Notes under the pieces: generated by a model
What the model was told of the DNA's origin: nothing
The model's input: only the letters and a program-made list of their open reading frames with translations
The model's database searches: none
DNA from: Candidatus Stackebrandtia excrementipullorum
GTDB lineage: Bacteria; Actinomycetota; Actinomycetes; Mycobacteriales; Micromonosporaceae
Reading direction: 5' to 3'
Assembly (NCBI GenBank): GCA_019113825.1
Contig: DXGR01000092.1
Span: forward strand, 7,978 to 71,977
DNA: 64,000 nucleotides
In this document: positions 1 to 10,474 of the stretch, in pieces
Layout: each line of letters opens with the position of its first letter
Position numbering within the stretch: position 1 is the first letter of the stretch
Translations under genes and position numbers: made by a program

Positions 1-2349
1 GGGATGGACCACGCCGGCATTTCGACGCAGAACGTCGTTGAGCGGCAACTGGCGGGAGAGGGACTGTCCCGGCACGATCTGGGGCGGGAACGATTCATCG
101 AGAAGGTCTGGGAGTGGAAGGCCGAGTACGGCGGCCGCATCGCCGGGCAGATGCGTCGACTCGGTGACGCCGTCGACTGGGACCGCGAACGGTTCACCAT
201 GGACGAGGGCCTGTCGCGCGCGGTGCAGACCATCTTCAAGCGACTGTACGACGACGGTTTGATCTACCGCGCCGAGCGCATCATCAACTGGTGCCCTCGC
301 TGTATGACGGCGCTATCCGACATCGAGGTCGAACACACCGACGACGACGGTGAACTCGTCAGCATCCGTTACGGCTCGGGCGACTCGGCGATCGTGGTGG
401 CCACGACGCGTGCGGAGACGATGCTTGGCGACACCGCGGTCGCCGTGCACCCCGACGACGAACGCTATGCGCACCTGATCGGCACCGAGGTCGAGCTCCC
501 GTTGACGGGACGCCGGATCCCCGTGATCGCCGACGAGCACGTCGACCCCGAGTTCGGGACAGGCGCCGTCAAGGTGACGCCCGCTCACGACCCCAACGAC
601 TTCGAGATCGGTCGGCGCCACGACCTTCCCGTGCTGGTCGTCATGGACGAGCGCGGAAACATCACCGCGCACGGACCGTTCGAAGGGCTTGATCGTTTTG
701 AGGCCCGCCCCGCGGTCGTGGAGGCGCTGCGTGCCGAGGGACGCATCGTGGACGAGAAACGTCCCTATGTGCATGCGGTGGGACACTGTGACCGCTGCGG
801 CACCACCGTTGAGCCTAGGTTGAGCAAGCAGTGGTTCGTGAAGGTGGAGAGCCTCGCTCAGGCCGCCGGCGACGCCGTGCGCGACGGAAAGGTGCGTATC
901 CACCCGCCCGAACAGGAAAGGCGTTACTTCTCCTGGGTCGACAACATCCACGACTGGTGTATTTCACGTCAACTGTGGTGGGGGCACCGGATACCGATCT
1001 TCTACGGCCCCGACGGCGACGTCGTGTGCGTCGGACCGGACGAGACACCGCCGGCCGGATACACGCAGGACTCAGACGTCCTCGACACGTGGTTCTCCTC
1101 CGCCCTGTGGCCGTTTTCGACGCTGGGGTGGCCGGACCGGACCGCCGCCCTGAAGAAGTTCTATCCGAACACCGTCCTGTCCACCGGTTACGACATCCTG
1201 TTCTTCTGGGTCGTGCGGATGATGATGTTCGGTATCTACGCGATGGACGAACCGCCGTTTGCCGACGTGTTCCTCCACGGGTTGATCCGTGACGATCAGG
1301 GCCGCAAAATGTCCAAATCCAAGGGCAACGGGGTCGATCCGTTGGACGTCATGGACGCGTACGGCAGCGACGCCCTGCGGTTTTTCCTGGCGCACAACAC
1401 GACGCCGGGTGGGGACCTGGTGGTCAACGACGAATGGATCCAGGGCTCACGTAACTTCTGCAACAAGCTGTGGAACGCGAGCCGCTTCGCCCTGATGTCG
1501 GGGGCGACGGTCGAGGGGCCACTGCCGACGGAGTTGTCCACCGTTGATCAGTGGATCCTGTCTCGGCTGTCGCGCACAATCGCCGAAGTCGACGAGCACT
1601 ACGAGCGTTTCGAGTTCGCGAAGATGGCGGATGCGCTCTACCACTTCGCGTGGGACGACGTGTGCGACTGGTACCTGGAACTGACCAAGCCGGTCCTCGC
1701 CGCCGGTGGTGCTGAAGCCGATGCGACACGACGCGTCCTCGGGCACGTGCTCGACAACCTTTTGAGGCTGCTGCACCCCGTCGTTCCGTTCATCACCGAG
1801 GAACTCTGGCTGGCCTTGACCGGTGGCGAGGAACGCGGCGAGTCGATCATGGTGACGTCGTGGCCGCAGCAGTCCGAAACTCACGAGCAGGCGGAGGAAA
1901 CGGTCGCCGCGTTGCAGCATCTGGTCACCGAGATCCGGCGGTTCCGCGCCGACCAGGGTCTTCGGCCGGGTCAACGTGTCGCCACGGCGCTCAACGGCCT
2001 CGACAAGATGGGTTTGACCGAGCATGAAACCCTGATCCGTTCGTTGGCGCGCTTGGAGCAGCCGGGCGACGATTTCACCGCCACGGCGACCGTGGCCGTC
2101 ACCGACGATGTGACGGCACAGCTCGACACGCGGGGAACGATCAACGTCGCCGCCGAGCGCGCTCGTTTGGAGAAGGCGTTGGCGGTGGCACGCAAGGAGC
2201 TGGACGGCACCTCCAAAAAGCTCTCGAACGATGCTTTCCTCGCCAAGGCTCCTGAGGAGGTCGTGGCGAAGATCCGCGACCGCCGGACGTCGGCCGAGGC
2301 CGACCTTGCCCGGGTTACCGCACAGCTGGAAGCTCTTCCGACCGCGTGA
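1..2349 (+). CDS. valS: Valyl-tRNA synthetase (5'-partial, runs off window start)
   Basis: DHAGIATQ-like start, editing domain, [29 protein letters not shown] motif, C-terminal coiled-coil arm; precedes folC. Confidence 0.98.
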   Translation, partial: GMDHAGISTQNVVERQLAGEGLSRHDLGRERFIEKVWEWKAEYGGRIAGQMRRLGDAVDWDRERFTMDEGLSRAVQTIFKRLYDDGLIYRAERIINWCPRCMTALSDIEVEHTDDDGELVSIRYGSGDSAIVVATTRAETMLGDTAVAVHPDDERYAHLIGTEVELPLTGRRIPVIADEHVDPEFGTGAVKVTPAHDPNDFEIGRRHDLPVLVVMDERGNITAHGPFEGLDRFEARPAVVEALRAEGRIVDEKRPYVHAVGHCDRCGTTVEPRLSKQWFVKVESLAQAAGDAVRDGKVRIHPPEQERRYFSWVDNIHDWCISRQLWWGHRIPIFYGPDGDVVCVGPDETPPAGYTQDSDVLDTWFSSALWPFSTLGWPDRTAALKKFYPNTVLSTGYDILFFWVVRMMMFGIYAMDEPPFADVFLHGLIRDDQGRKMSKSKGNGVDPLDVMDAYGSDALRFFLAHNTTPGGDLVVNDEWIQGSRNFCNKLWNASRFALMSGATVEGPLPTELSTVDQWILSRLSRTIAEVDEHYERFEFAKMADALYHFAWDDVCDWYLELTKPVLAAGGAEADATRRVLGHVLDNLLRLLHPVVPFITEELWLALTGGEERGESIMVTSWPQQSETHEQAEETVAALQHLVTEIRRFRADQGLRPGQRVATALNGLDKMGLTEHETLIRSLARLEQPGDDFTATATVAVTDDVTAQLDTRGTINVAAERARLEKALAVARKELDGTSKKLSNDAFLAKAPEEVVAKIRDRRTSAEADLARVTAQLEALPTA

Positions 2350-2353
2350 CGTC

Positions 2354-2383
2354 GACGGCGGCGGGTCTTCTCCCGCCGCCGTC
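2354..2383 (+). terminator. Hairpin after valS
   Basis: Perfect 12-bp stem gacggcggcggg / cccgccgccgtc with 6-nt loop, 4 nt after the stop codon. Confidence 0.7.
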
Positions 2384-2466
2384 ACCTATGTCACCGTCGA
2401 AGTCGCTGCAGGCGACGCAGCCGTACCATTGACCGGTCCCTTTCATGCGCACGACCTGGAGCTTTC

Positions 2467-3810
2467 GTGACCACGCCCGAAGAATATGCCGAGTACTACG
2501 CTGTCGAAGCCGCGCTTCAGGCACGCGGATACACCCGGGTCAACTTCGACATGAATCGGATCAAGCGGCTCCTGGAGCTGCTGGGTGATCCGCATAAGAC
2601 GTTTCGGGCGGTGCATGTCACCGGCACCAACGGCAAAACCTCGATGGCGCGGTTGACCGAGTCGCTGTTGCGGGCTCACGGTCTACGGACCGGGCGTTTC
2701 ACGAGCCCACATCTGGACGAGGCGCGGGAACGTGTCAGCGTCGACGGGGAACCGATCAGTCCGGAACGCTTCGTCGCTGCTTTCGGCGAGGTCGCTCCGT
2801 TGGCCGCCATGGTCGACGCGGAGTTCGACGAACCGTTGACGTATTTCGAGGTGATGACCGCGCTGGCATTCGCGGCCTTCGCGGATACTCCGGTAGACGT
2901 CGCCGTGGTCGAGGTCGGTGTGGGCGGCGAAACCGACGCCACGAACGTTCTATCCGCCGAGGTGGCCATGATCGGGCCCGTCGGGTTGGACCACACGCGG
3001 TGGCTGGGCGAGACGATCACCGACATCGCCACCATGAAAGCCGGAATCATTCACAAGGGCGCCAATCTGGTGACCGCGGTCCAGGACCCCGAGGCGATGA
3101 TTCCGCTTGTGGAGCGCTGTCACGCCGTCGGTGCGTCGCTGGTGGCGCAGGGCCGCAAGTTCGAGGTGCTCGATCGTAATCTCGCGGTGGGCGGCCAGGC
3201 GCTGACCATGCAGGGCCCGAGCGGCTCGGTGTACGAGAACGTTTTCGTTCCGCTCCATGGTGCGTTCCAGGCCCAAAACGCGGTCATGGCGTTGGCCGCG
3301 ACGGAGTTGATCCTCGGTGCGGGGCAGGCACGGACGTTGGATGGGGACGTGGTGGCGGAGGGCTTCGCCGCTGCAACGTCACCGGGCCGACTTGAGCGTA
3401 TGCGCACGGCTCCCACCGTCCTGATCGACTCCGCTCACAACGAACTGGGTATGAAGGCCACCGTGGCGGCCGTGTCGGAGGAGTTCGCCTTCACCCGGCT
3501 GGTCGGGTTGATCGCGATGTCGGGGGACAAGGATGTTCGCGGCATGATCGAGGCGCTGCGGCCGATCTGCGACCATCTCGTGGTTAGTCAGTCCAGTGTT
3601 GAACGGGCCATGCCGACGGCGACGTTGACCAGGTTGGCGCACGATGTCTTCGAACCTGAAGAGGTCAGTTCGTTCCCGGACCTCGCCGATGCGATCGAGG
3701 CCGCAGTCCTCTTGGCCGAGGAGGGTGAAGCGGCTTACGGAGGTGCCGGTGTACTCATCACCGGATCGGTGTATACCGCGGGCGACGCGCGAAAGATGCT
3801 GGCCCGGTAG
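2467..3810 (+). CDS. folC: Folylpolyglutamate synthase/dihydrofolate synthase
   Basis: VHVTGTNGKTS P-loop, FTSPHL, EVGVGGETDATN, DSAHN; canonical valS-folC linkage. Confidence 0.97.
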   Translation: MTTPEEYAEYYAVEAALQARGYTRVNFDMNRIKRLLELLGDPHKTFRAVHVTGTNGKTSMARLTESLLRAHGLRTGRFTSPHLDEARERVSVDGEPISPERFVAAFGEVAPLAAMVDAEFDEPLTYFEVMTALAFAAFADTPVDVAVVEVGVGGETDATNVLSAEVAMIGPVGLDHTRWLGETITDIATMKAGIIHKGANLVTAVQDPEAMIPLVERCHAVGASLVAQGRKFEVLDRNLAVGGQALTMQGPSGSVYENVFVPLHGAFQAQNAVMALAATELILGAGQARTLDGDVVAEGFAAATSPGRLERMRTAPTVLIDSAHNELGMKATVAAVSEEFAFTRLVGLIAMSGDKDVRGMIEALRPICDHLVVSQSSVERAMPTATLTRLAHDVFEPEEVSSFPDLADAIEAAVLLAEEGEAAYGGAGVLITGSVYTAGDARKMLAR

Positions 3811-3821
3811 TCGCGGCGTGG

Positions 3822-3850
3822 TGGCGTGCGCGAACACGGGTCGCACACGC
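3822..3850. terminator. Hairpin between convergent folC and Cys-rich peptide gene
   Basis: ggcgtgcgcga / tcgcacacgcc, 11-bp stem with one mismatch. Confidence 0.55.
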
Positions 3851-3867
3851 CGTCGCATCGCACGGCT

Positions 3868-4038
3868 TCAGCAGAAGCAGACGGACGAACAACCCGTGCT
3901 TGCACAGCAGGTGCGGTAACACGGGTAGGCGCAGGCGCAGTTGGGGCACGGTTCGACCCAGCAGTCCGCCGCGATCGCGGTCTGTTCGGGAACGAATCGG
4001 TTCAGGATGCGGTCGCCGATCCTGTTGAGGTACTTCAC
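3868..4038 (-). CDS. Small Cys-rich peptide (24-aa leader + 32-aa core with 10 Cys), putative RiPP/bacteriocin-like precursor
   Basis: GGAGAG RBS before GTG at 4038; MKYLNRIGDRILNRFVPEQTAIAA-DCWVEPCPNCACAYPCYRTCCASTGCSSVCFC; fills an otherwise empty gap. Confidence 0.8.
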   Translation of the reverse strand: MKYLNRIGDRILNRFVPEQTAIAADCWVEPCPNCACAYPCYRTCCASTGCSSVCFC

Positions 4039-4077
4039 GGGGCTCTCCAAACACGGGCAATTGATGGACGTCTATTT

Positions 4078-4107
4078 ATTGTCGCCCCGGAGACGTGGAA
4101 CACGCAA
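4078..4107 (-). promoter_or_regulatory. Putative sigma70-type promoter of the Cys-rich peptide gene
   Basis: TTGCGT-N18-GACAAT on the minus strand, about 40 nt upstream of the start codon. Confidence 0.4.
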
Positions 4108-4248
4108 TCGTTCCGCGCTGCCGAATTTCCACGGATTGTCCACCACAAGCGCTGTCCCACAACGATTGTGTGCTCACCAAGACGCGCGGCCGAACATCGA
4201 GTGAGGTCGGTGGCGAGCACGTCCTACCGATCGGCGACAATCGTCGGC

Positions 4249-4656
4249 ATGACCGAGCCGTCCGACGGGCAGACCAGTGAACCCGACCCCTCCGAACGCT
4301 CCGGGCTGAAAAACCCGGTTCGAGCGGTGAGGGCAATGGGCGCGTCGGTCGTGGCACTGGAATTCATCGTGCTTCTCCTGGCCTTGCTGCCACTACGCAT
4401 GCTCGGCGTACAACCGTGGGGGCTCACACTCGGGATCACCCTCGGGTGCGCCGTGGTGTGCCTCATCCTCGCCTCCCGCATGAAACACGAATGGGCCTGG
4501 ACCGGCATCGGAGTCCTTCAGGTGGTCCTTCTCGTCGCCGGCCTGCTGCACTGGATGCTCGCCGCCGTCGGCATCGTCTTCGGGGTGACGTGGCTTTACG
4601 CAATGTCGGTTAAACGCCAGCTGTCGCGCCCACCGGTGCGCGACACCGACGGCTGA
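4249..4656 (+). CDS. DUF4233 family membrane protein
   Basis: Four hydrophobic segments, terminal WLYAMSVKRQL; usual position after folC in actinobacteria. Confidence 0.85.
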   Translation: MTEPSDGQTSEPDPSERSGLKNPVRAVRAMGASVVALEFIVLLLALLPLRMLGVQPWGLTLGITLGCAVVCLILASRMKHEWAWTGIGVLQVVLLVAGLLHWMLAAVGIVFGVTWLYAMSVKRQLSRPPVRDTDG

Positions 4657-5273
4657 AGCACAAGCGGGCACCACGTCGTCTCACGGGCGGCCGACGGCGT
4701 CGACACCGCGAGGCCGTCCGGTTTCGCCACGACGACCACGTAAGTTGAGGAACAACGCCGGTCCGGGCATCGGCGGTAGTGGTCGACGACGTTGGCAACG
4801 AAGTCCCCGAGGCGTAGCGCCGCATCGCGAACCGTCCGTTCAAATGCTCGTACCCGATCGCCTCCCAAATGAGACAGACAATGTGGATTTACATCCCTCG
4901 CCGGGGTCGGTCATGTGGCTCATGCACCGGTTTCTCCCATGGCCACGGGCGGTGGAGGACGGGGTAGGTGTGCCGCAGGCTGCTTGACCGCGATGGCGCG
5001 GATGGTCGCCGATTGGTCGGTCTCGCGCGCATGGAACTCGATGCTGTTAATCCTGCGAAAGAACTGTGGTCGCCCGGCCGGTCGACAGATCCCGCCGTTG
5101 TCCGTTCGTGAAAATCTCCCGCAGCGAGGCGATGACCTGCACCAAGACCGTTCTGCGACCTCCCTCTTACAGAGGGGCCTGCGGTGCAGGAGATGGCAAC
5201 ACCCGCTCCGCGCATCGTCTGCTTGATCACCGGGAAATCGGACATGCCGCGCGAAACCTCGCCCAATCAGTGA

Positions 5274-5752
5274 TCACAGGGTGACGGTCAGAACATCGTC
5301 GGTTTTCCCGTCGACGGGACCGAACCCGACCCGCAGGTATAGGTCACGGGCACGGTTTCCGGCCTCAACGCTCAGAGTGACCGCTTCCAGTTTCCGGTCC
5401 CTGGATGCAGCGAGCGCCTTGTCGACGAGCCTCGAGCCGATGCCGTGGCCCCGATAACCGGGTTTGACACATACGCTCAACTCGGGAACATCGGGCTTTA
5501 CGAATCCGTACCCGGGATCGTGCTCGGGGAGAAACAGCAGCCAAACGACGCCGACCCATCGCCCGTCGACCTCGGCGACGAAACCGAAGTCGCCTCGATC
5601 GGGTACCAGCCGCGTATAGTGCTCGAGCTTGGGTCTCCGAGGACATCGGCCGGCGAGAAACGCGGCGTCTCCCAATTCAGGTTAAGCACGGTGGCCTCCT
5701 GAAGGATCGCATCGCGGTCCGCACTCAATGGACGGTATCTCGCAGCGTTCAC
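5274..5752 (-). pseudogene. GNAT N-acetyltransferase with a 1-bp frameshift near 5631-5633
   Basis: N-terminal frame (EATVLNLNW..FSPADVLGDP) and C-terminal frame (KLEHYTRLVPDRGDFG..GYRGHGIG acetyl-CoA motif) join if one C is added to the ccc run. Confidence 0.75.
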
Positions 5753-5807
5753 AAACAGTGCCCTTCCGCTTCAAACGTTCACACCGCCGTCGGGCTGAAT
5801 GTCGCCG

Positions 5808-7361
5808 TCACAGCATCGCCGCGCCAGAAGGCGTTTTCCGTCGCACTTGCACTCCTTTGAATTCCGGGAGGCCGGTTACCGTTGAGCGCACACGCGCAGA
5901 ACACCACTTTTGTGCGTATGGACGCGCCAAGCGGAGACACGAATCTGCGACCGGGCAAAAACATACGCAACGACAACCCTTATCGTCCCGTCGGCGGGTC
6001 TGTGTTGCCGTCCACGAACACGAACCACAGATCCCGACGCGTCGTCTCAGCCCGGATAACCACCACAGGCTCAGGAACGTCGCGACTCCGATCGCCACCG
6101 CCGCCTGCGCGGTCAGCCACCATCGGATGCCGCGACGAGGCAACAGTCCGGCGACCGGTAGCAACCACACGGCGAACGGAAGGTATATCCGCTCGGCTTC
6201 GCCCACGGACAGGCCCGACACCAATGCAATGAGCACGACCACACCGATCGATGCCGGAACAACACAGAAGCGGTCACGCCGCAGCCACGCCAACGCCGCA
6301 CAGGTGGCGGGCCCTATCGCCAACGCCAGGGCCGCCGGGTTGGCGAACCAGAAATACCACGCGGGTCGATCTATCCATCCTTGACCGACCCGCACTTTCT
6401 GCGTGGCCAGGTCAAGCCCTTCAAACCAGTTGAATCCGGCGGCATACGCGGCGAGGAACAGTGCCACAACCACGATCCCACCCACGATCAGGGGACGGAT
6501 ACGTCGCTGTACGAGAACCACCGCGACCGCAAGAATGCCGATCAGAGCCAGCCCGTACGACAGAAAAAGGCTCAAACCGAGCACGAGCCCACCGGCTGCG
6601 GCGATGGCATCGCTTTCCATCCCTCGGCGGGCCGCGGCGTGCACGAGCAGGCACACCCCGATCGCGGCGAATCCGGCGAAGAACGCGTCGGCGCTGGTGG
6701 CGATCCACAACGCGGCCGGAGCGAATACGACGAACGGTGCTGCTCGACGCGCCACCGTCGCCGAGGCGAGGATCCGTGTGGCGGACAGCGTTGCCACACC
6801 TGCTGCGGCTCCCATACCGATGCACAGGACCGCGGCCGGCCCTCCACCGCCCCACCCGATACGGTCCATGATGGTGAGTAGCCCCAGGAAGCCCGGCGGG
6901 TGACCGGAAACATGAGTGGTCCACCGTGGTGGGTCCATGACGTGGTTGTTGAACTCGGCCAGAAACACCGACAGGTCGGTGACACGAGGCACGTCGTTCA
7001 GGTATTCGTAGGGTGTTGTGAGCGGTTCGGTCAGGGCGTTCGGTCCGTCCAACAGCGCCAACAGCACCGGCCAGACGACCCCGACACAGTAGACGACGAT
7101 CAGCAGCATCCGCCACGGAAGCAGTCGCGCCAGAAGCGGCCCCCACCGGATCCACAGCACCGCGGCCACCAACAGTACCGCGGTCCAGGCGTTGACGCGG
7201 ACTTCCCAATGCCCGGCAACCGGCCACGCGTCGCCCAGATGCAGGCGGTAACCGGACGCGTCCAGGTGACTTCCCCAGACGGCGCAACCGACGACCAGCG
7301 CGACGGCGACCACGACGATCGCAACGCTTATCCGACGTCGAGTCCCGGTGGAGAGCGCCAT
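5808..7361 (-). CDS. Polytopic membrane protein, GT-C glycosyltransferase-like; possible stop-codon loss
   Basis: Many TM segments, HVSGHPPG motif, E-x-ERI-x-LPF near the C terminus; hydrophilic tail after FLSLW. Confidence 0.7.
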   Translation of the reverse strand: MALSTGTRRRISVAIVVVAVALVVGCAVWGSHLDASGYRLHLGDAWPVAGHWEVRVNAWTAVLLVAAVLWIRWGPLLARLLPWRMLLIVVYCVGVVWPVLLALLDGPNALTEPLTTPYEYLNDVPRVTDLSVFLAEFNNHVMDPPRWTTHVSGHPPGFLGLLTIMDRIGWGGGGPAAVLCIGMGAAAGVATLSATRILASATVARRAAPFVVFAPAALWIATSADAFFAGFAAIGVCLLVHAAARRGMESDAIAAAGGLVLGLSLFLSYGLALIGILAVAVVLVQRRIRPLIVGGIVVVALFLAAYAAGFNWFEGLDLATQKVRVGQGWIDRPAWYFWFANPAALALAIGPATCAALAWLRRDRFCVVPASIGVVVLIALVSGLSVGEAERIYLPFAVWLLPVAGLLPRRGIRWWLTAQAAVAIGVATFLSLWWLSGLRRRVGICGSCSWTATQTRRRDDKGCRCVCFCPVADSCLRLARPYAQKWCSARVRSTVTGLPEFKGVQVRRKTPSGAAML

Positions 7362-7518
7362 GGCCACATCGTAAGTACGTGCCGTCGCACTTCGGGAACC
7401 GACAGACCGGTTCAGAGGGTTTTAACCGCCGTGTCGGCGACTCGAAGTACGAAGCAAGCCGACAATCAGGGTGTCGGCCTGCTTCGATGGTTCGAGCTCT
7501 ACGGCGAGATCACGCGGG

Positions 7519-8475
7519 TCAGGTCCCCGGTATCTCGACGGCGTCACCGAGGATTTCGTCTGCGGCACTGTACGGGTCGATGTCGGCGGTGGCGACCCGT
7601 TCGGAGATCTCGTCGGTGACGACGTGGCGTCGCGCCAACGCACCGAGCACAATCGCCGAAATCTCGGCCTTCGCACGTTCACGACGCCGACGATCCAGTT
7701 CACCGTGCTCGGCAAGCCAGTCACGGTGTTTGTCCACGGCCTCGATGAGTTCATCGATGCCCTCGCCACGGTGGGCGACGGTTTTGACGATGGGTTGACG
7801 CCACTCGTTGGGTTCACGCGTGACGAGAGCCATCATCGAACGGATGTCCCGCAGTGTCGCGTCCGCACCGTCCCGATCGGACTTGTTGATCACGAACACA
7901 TCGGCGACCTCGAGGATCCCGGCCTTGACGGCCTGAATGCCGTCACCCATGCCGGGAGCCAACAGAACCAACGTGGTGTCCGCCAGCCCCGCAATGTCCA
8001 CCTCGGCTTGCCCGACGCCGACGGTCTCGATCAGGATCACATCGAAACCGGAGGCTTCCAGGACCCTCAGGACCTGCGGTGTCGCTGCTGCGAGACCACC
8101 CAGGTGACCGCGCGAGGACATCGATCGGATGAACACCTCGGGATCGAGGGCGTGCTCCTGCATGCGCACCCGGTCACCGAGAATCGCGCCCCCGGTGAAC
8201 GGGCTCGACGGGTCGACGGCCAGGACGGCCACCCTAAGGCCCTGCTTGCGGTAGCCGGTTACCAGGGCGGTCGTCGTGGTCGATTTGCCGACGCCGGGCG
8301 AGCCGGTCAACCCGATCACCCGCGCGGCACGGTGCACCACGGGAAGGGCGGCAGCGACCTGACGTACCTGCGCCCCACCGTTTTCCACCAATGTGATCAG
8401 ACGTCCCAAAGCCCGCTGATCGCCCTCTTTGGCGCGGTCGGCGAGTTCGACGACGGCCTCATCGCTTCGAGTCAA
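7519..8475 (-). CDS. meaB: Methylmalonyl-CoA mutase-associated GTPase
   Basis: GLTGSPGVGKST, VDPSSPFTGGAILGDRVRM, ETVGVGQ, NKSD. Confidence 0.96.
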   Translation of the reverse strand: MTRSDEAVVELADRAKEGDQRALGRLITLVENGGAQVRQVAAALPVVHRAARVIGLTGSPGVGKSTTTTALVTGYRKQGLRVAVLAVDPSSPFTGGAILGDRVRMQEHALDPEVFIRSMSSRGHLGGLAAATPQVLRVLEASGFDVILIETVGVGQAEVDIAGLADTTLVLLAPGMGDGIQAVKAGILEVADVFVINKSDRDGADATLRDIRSMMALVTREPNEWRQPIVKTVAHRGEGIDELIEAVDKHRDWLAEHGELDRRRRERAKAEISAIVLGALARRHVVTDEISERVATADIDPYSAADEILGDAVEIPGT

Positions 8476-8479
8476 CGGC

Positions 8480-9673
8480 CTACACCCTCAGCAGCAGTGC
8501 GTCGCCCTGACCGCCGCCACCACACAGGGCGGCGGCGCCCAGGCCCCCACCACGGTGCTTGAGTTCGTGCGCCAAGGTCAGAACAAGACGAGCACCGGAC
8601 GCTCCGATGGGGTGCCCCAACGCGATCGCGCCGCCGTTGGGGTTGACGATCTCGGGATCGACCCCCAGGTCCTTGGTGGACTGGATACCGACCAAGGCGA
8701 ACGCCTCGTTGATTTCGATGACCGACAGGTCGGAGACCTCGTCACCGCTCTTGGCCAGTGCGGCCTTGATCGCGTTGCTCGGCTGGGAGTGCAGCGAACT
8801 GTCGGGGCCTGCGACCTGACCGTAGGCGACGATCTCGGCGAGGTATTCGAGACCGAGTTCCTCGGCCTTGGCCTTGCTCATGACGACGACGGCAGTCGCA
8901 CCGTCGGAGATCGGCGACGAGTTGCCGGCCGTGATGGTGCCGTCCTTGGCGAACGCGGGACGTAGTCTGCCCAGCACGTCCGTGTTCGTGTCGGCGCGCA
9001 CGCCTTCATCGGCTGCCACCGTGATCGGGTCGCCCTTACGCTGCGGGATTTCCAGGGGAGCGATCTCACGATCAAACCGGCCGTCTTTTTGGGCGGCGGC
9101 GGCGCGCGCGTGGCTTCGCGCGGCGAACTCGTCCTGCTCGGTGCGGCTGATACCCAACCGGCTGCTGTGGTTCTCGGTCGCCTCGCCCATCGGGATCTCG
9201 TCCCACGGGTCGGTCAGGCCATCAAGAGCCATGTGGTCGGATACGGTGACGTCGCCGTACTTGTACCCCTTGCGCTGCCCTGTCAGCAGGTGTGGCGCAC
9301 CGGTCATGGACTCCATACCACCGGCCACGGCGATGTCGATCTCGCCGGCGCGGATGAGCTGGTCGGCCAAGGCTATCGAGTTGAGGCCCGACAGGCACAC
9401 CTTGTTGACGTTGATGGCGGGGACACTCATGGGGATACCGGCCCCGACCGCAGCCTGACGTGCCGGGATCTGGCCGGCACCCGCCTGCAGTACCTGGCCC
9501 ATAATCACGTATTCGACCTGGTCAGGAGAAACACCGGCACGTTCGAGCGCCGCGGAAATCGCGTGCGCACCAAGTTTCGTGGCCGGGAGGTTTCCCAGCG
9601 CACCAAGCAACTTTCCGTTCGGGGTTCGGGCTCCGGCCACCAGGACGCTGGTGGTACGGGTGTCGGCTGCCAT
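8480..9673 (-). CDS. Acetyl-CoA C-acetyltransferase (thiolase)
   Basis: NKVCLSG catalytic Cys, [19 protein letters not shown]; usual meaB-thiolase-mce cluster. Confidence 0.96.
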   Translation of the reverse strand: MAADTRTTSVLVAGARTPNGKLLGALGNLPATKLGAHAISAALERAGVSPDQVEYVIMGQVLQAGAGQIPARQAAVGAGIPMSVPAINVNKVCLSGLNSIALADQLIRAGEIDIAVAGGMESMTGAPHLLTGQRKGYKYGDVTVSDHMALDGLTDPWDEIPMGEATENHSSRLGISRTEQDEFAARSHARAAAAQKDGRFDREIAPLEIPQRKGDPITVAADEGVRADTNTDVLGRLRPAFAKDGTITAGNSSPISDGATAVVVMSKAKAEELGLEYLAEIVAYGQVAGPDSSLHSQPSNAIKAALAKSGDEVSDLSVIEINEAFALVGIQSTKDLGVDPEIVNPNGGAIALGHPIGASGARLVLTLAHELKHRGGGLGAAALCGGGGQGDALLLRV

Positions 9674-9778
9674 GTTCGAGACCTCCAGATGAGTTTTCAC
9701 GCTCGCGCGCCGCCTGCTCGCAACTCGTCGTCGCATGCCGGCTGCACTACCAGGTTCACTTAAGCAAGACTAAGGGGC

Positions 9779-10207
9779 GTGACTGAAGTATCGCCCGTTG
9801 GGCTACTCGCTGTCGACCACGTCGGGATCGCCGTACCGGACCTGGCCGAGGCCGTCCGGTTTTACGAGGAGACCCTGGGCGGGCGCTGCGTACACGTGGA
9901 ACGAAACGAAGAACAAGGTGTCGAAGAGGCCATGGTCGCCTTTGGCGACGGAGGTACTCGCATCCAGCTGTTGGCACCGCTGTCTGCGGAGTCGACCATC
10001 GCGAAGTTCATCGGGCGCAACGGCCCCGGGCTTCAACAGTTGGCCTTCACCGTGGCCGATATCACCATGGCCTGCGAGTCGCTACGCGCCCAAGGCCTGC
10101 GGCTGCTCTACGACGCACCGAAACGTGGGACGTCGAACTCCCGCATCAACTTCGTGCACCCGAAGGACGCGGGTGGCGTATTGATCGAGTTGGTCGAACC
10201 GGCTTGA
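9779..10207 (+). CDS. mce: Methylmalonyl-CoA epimerase
   Basis: VDHVGIAV, IQLLAPL, GPGLQQLA, FVHPKDAGGVLIELVE. Confidence 0.96.
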   Translation: MTEVSPVGLLAVDHVGIAVPDLAEAVRFYEETLGGRCVHVERNEEQGVEEAMVAFGDGGTRIQLLAPLSAESTIAKFIGRNGPGLQQLAFTVADITMACESLRAQGLRLLYDAPKRGTSNSRINFVHPKDAGGVLIELVEPA

Positions 10208-10293
10208 CGGTGAGACGTGTGGCTTGAGTATCGGCCCTTGGACGACATAAGCCTTCTTCCGGTGCGTCAAACGCCCCGGTGAACATGGAGGTC

Positions 10294-10467
10294 GCGTCGG
10301 CGAAAGACCCGGCATCGGTACGCACGCGACGATCGAAAGAACCCAGACACCGAACGTGCCGGGCAGCCACCCCAGACTGCCCGGCACTCCCCCCGGTTTG
10401 GTTCACTCGCCCGCGTCGACTAAGGCTGGTAAACGGTGATCCGTTCTTCGCCTCGGTAACGCTGCGT
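10294..10467 (-). ncRNA. Candidate rod-shaped non-coding RNA (about 170-250 nt)
   Basis: Lies downstream of a near-consensus promoter, has no credible ORF, and shows nested complementary segments around the 11-bp core stem 10356-10366/10377-10387. Folded by eye only. Confidence 0.45.
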
Positions 10468-10474
10468 ATCTAGA

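Noticed and set aside
5066-5284. Fic/Doc-like motif (GDGNTRSA) in a short plus-strand ORF
   Set aside because: Lacks the catalytic HPF and any other Fic features; probably chance.
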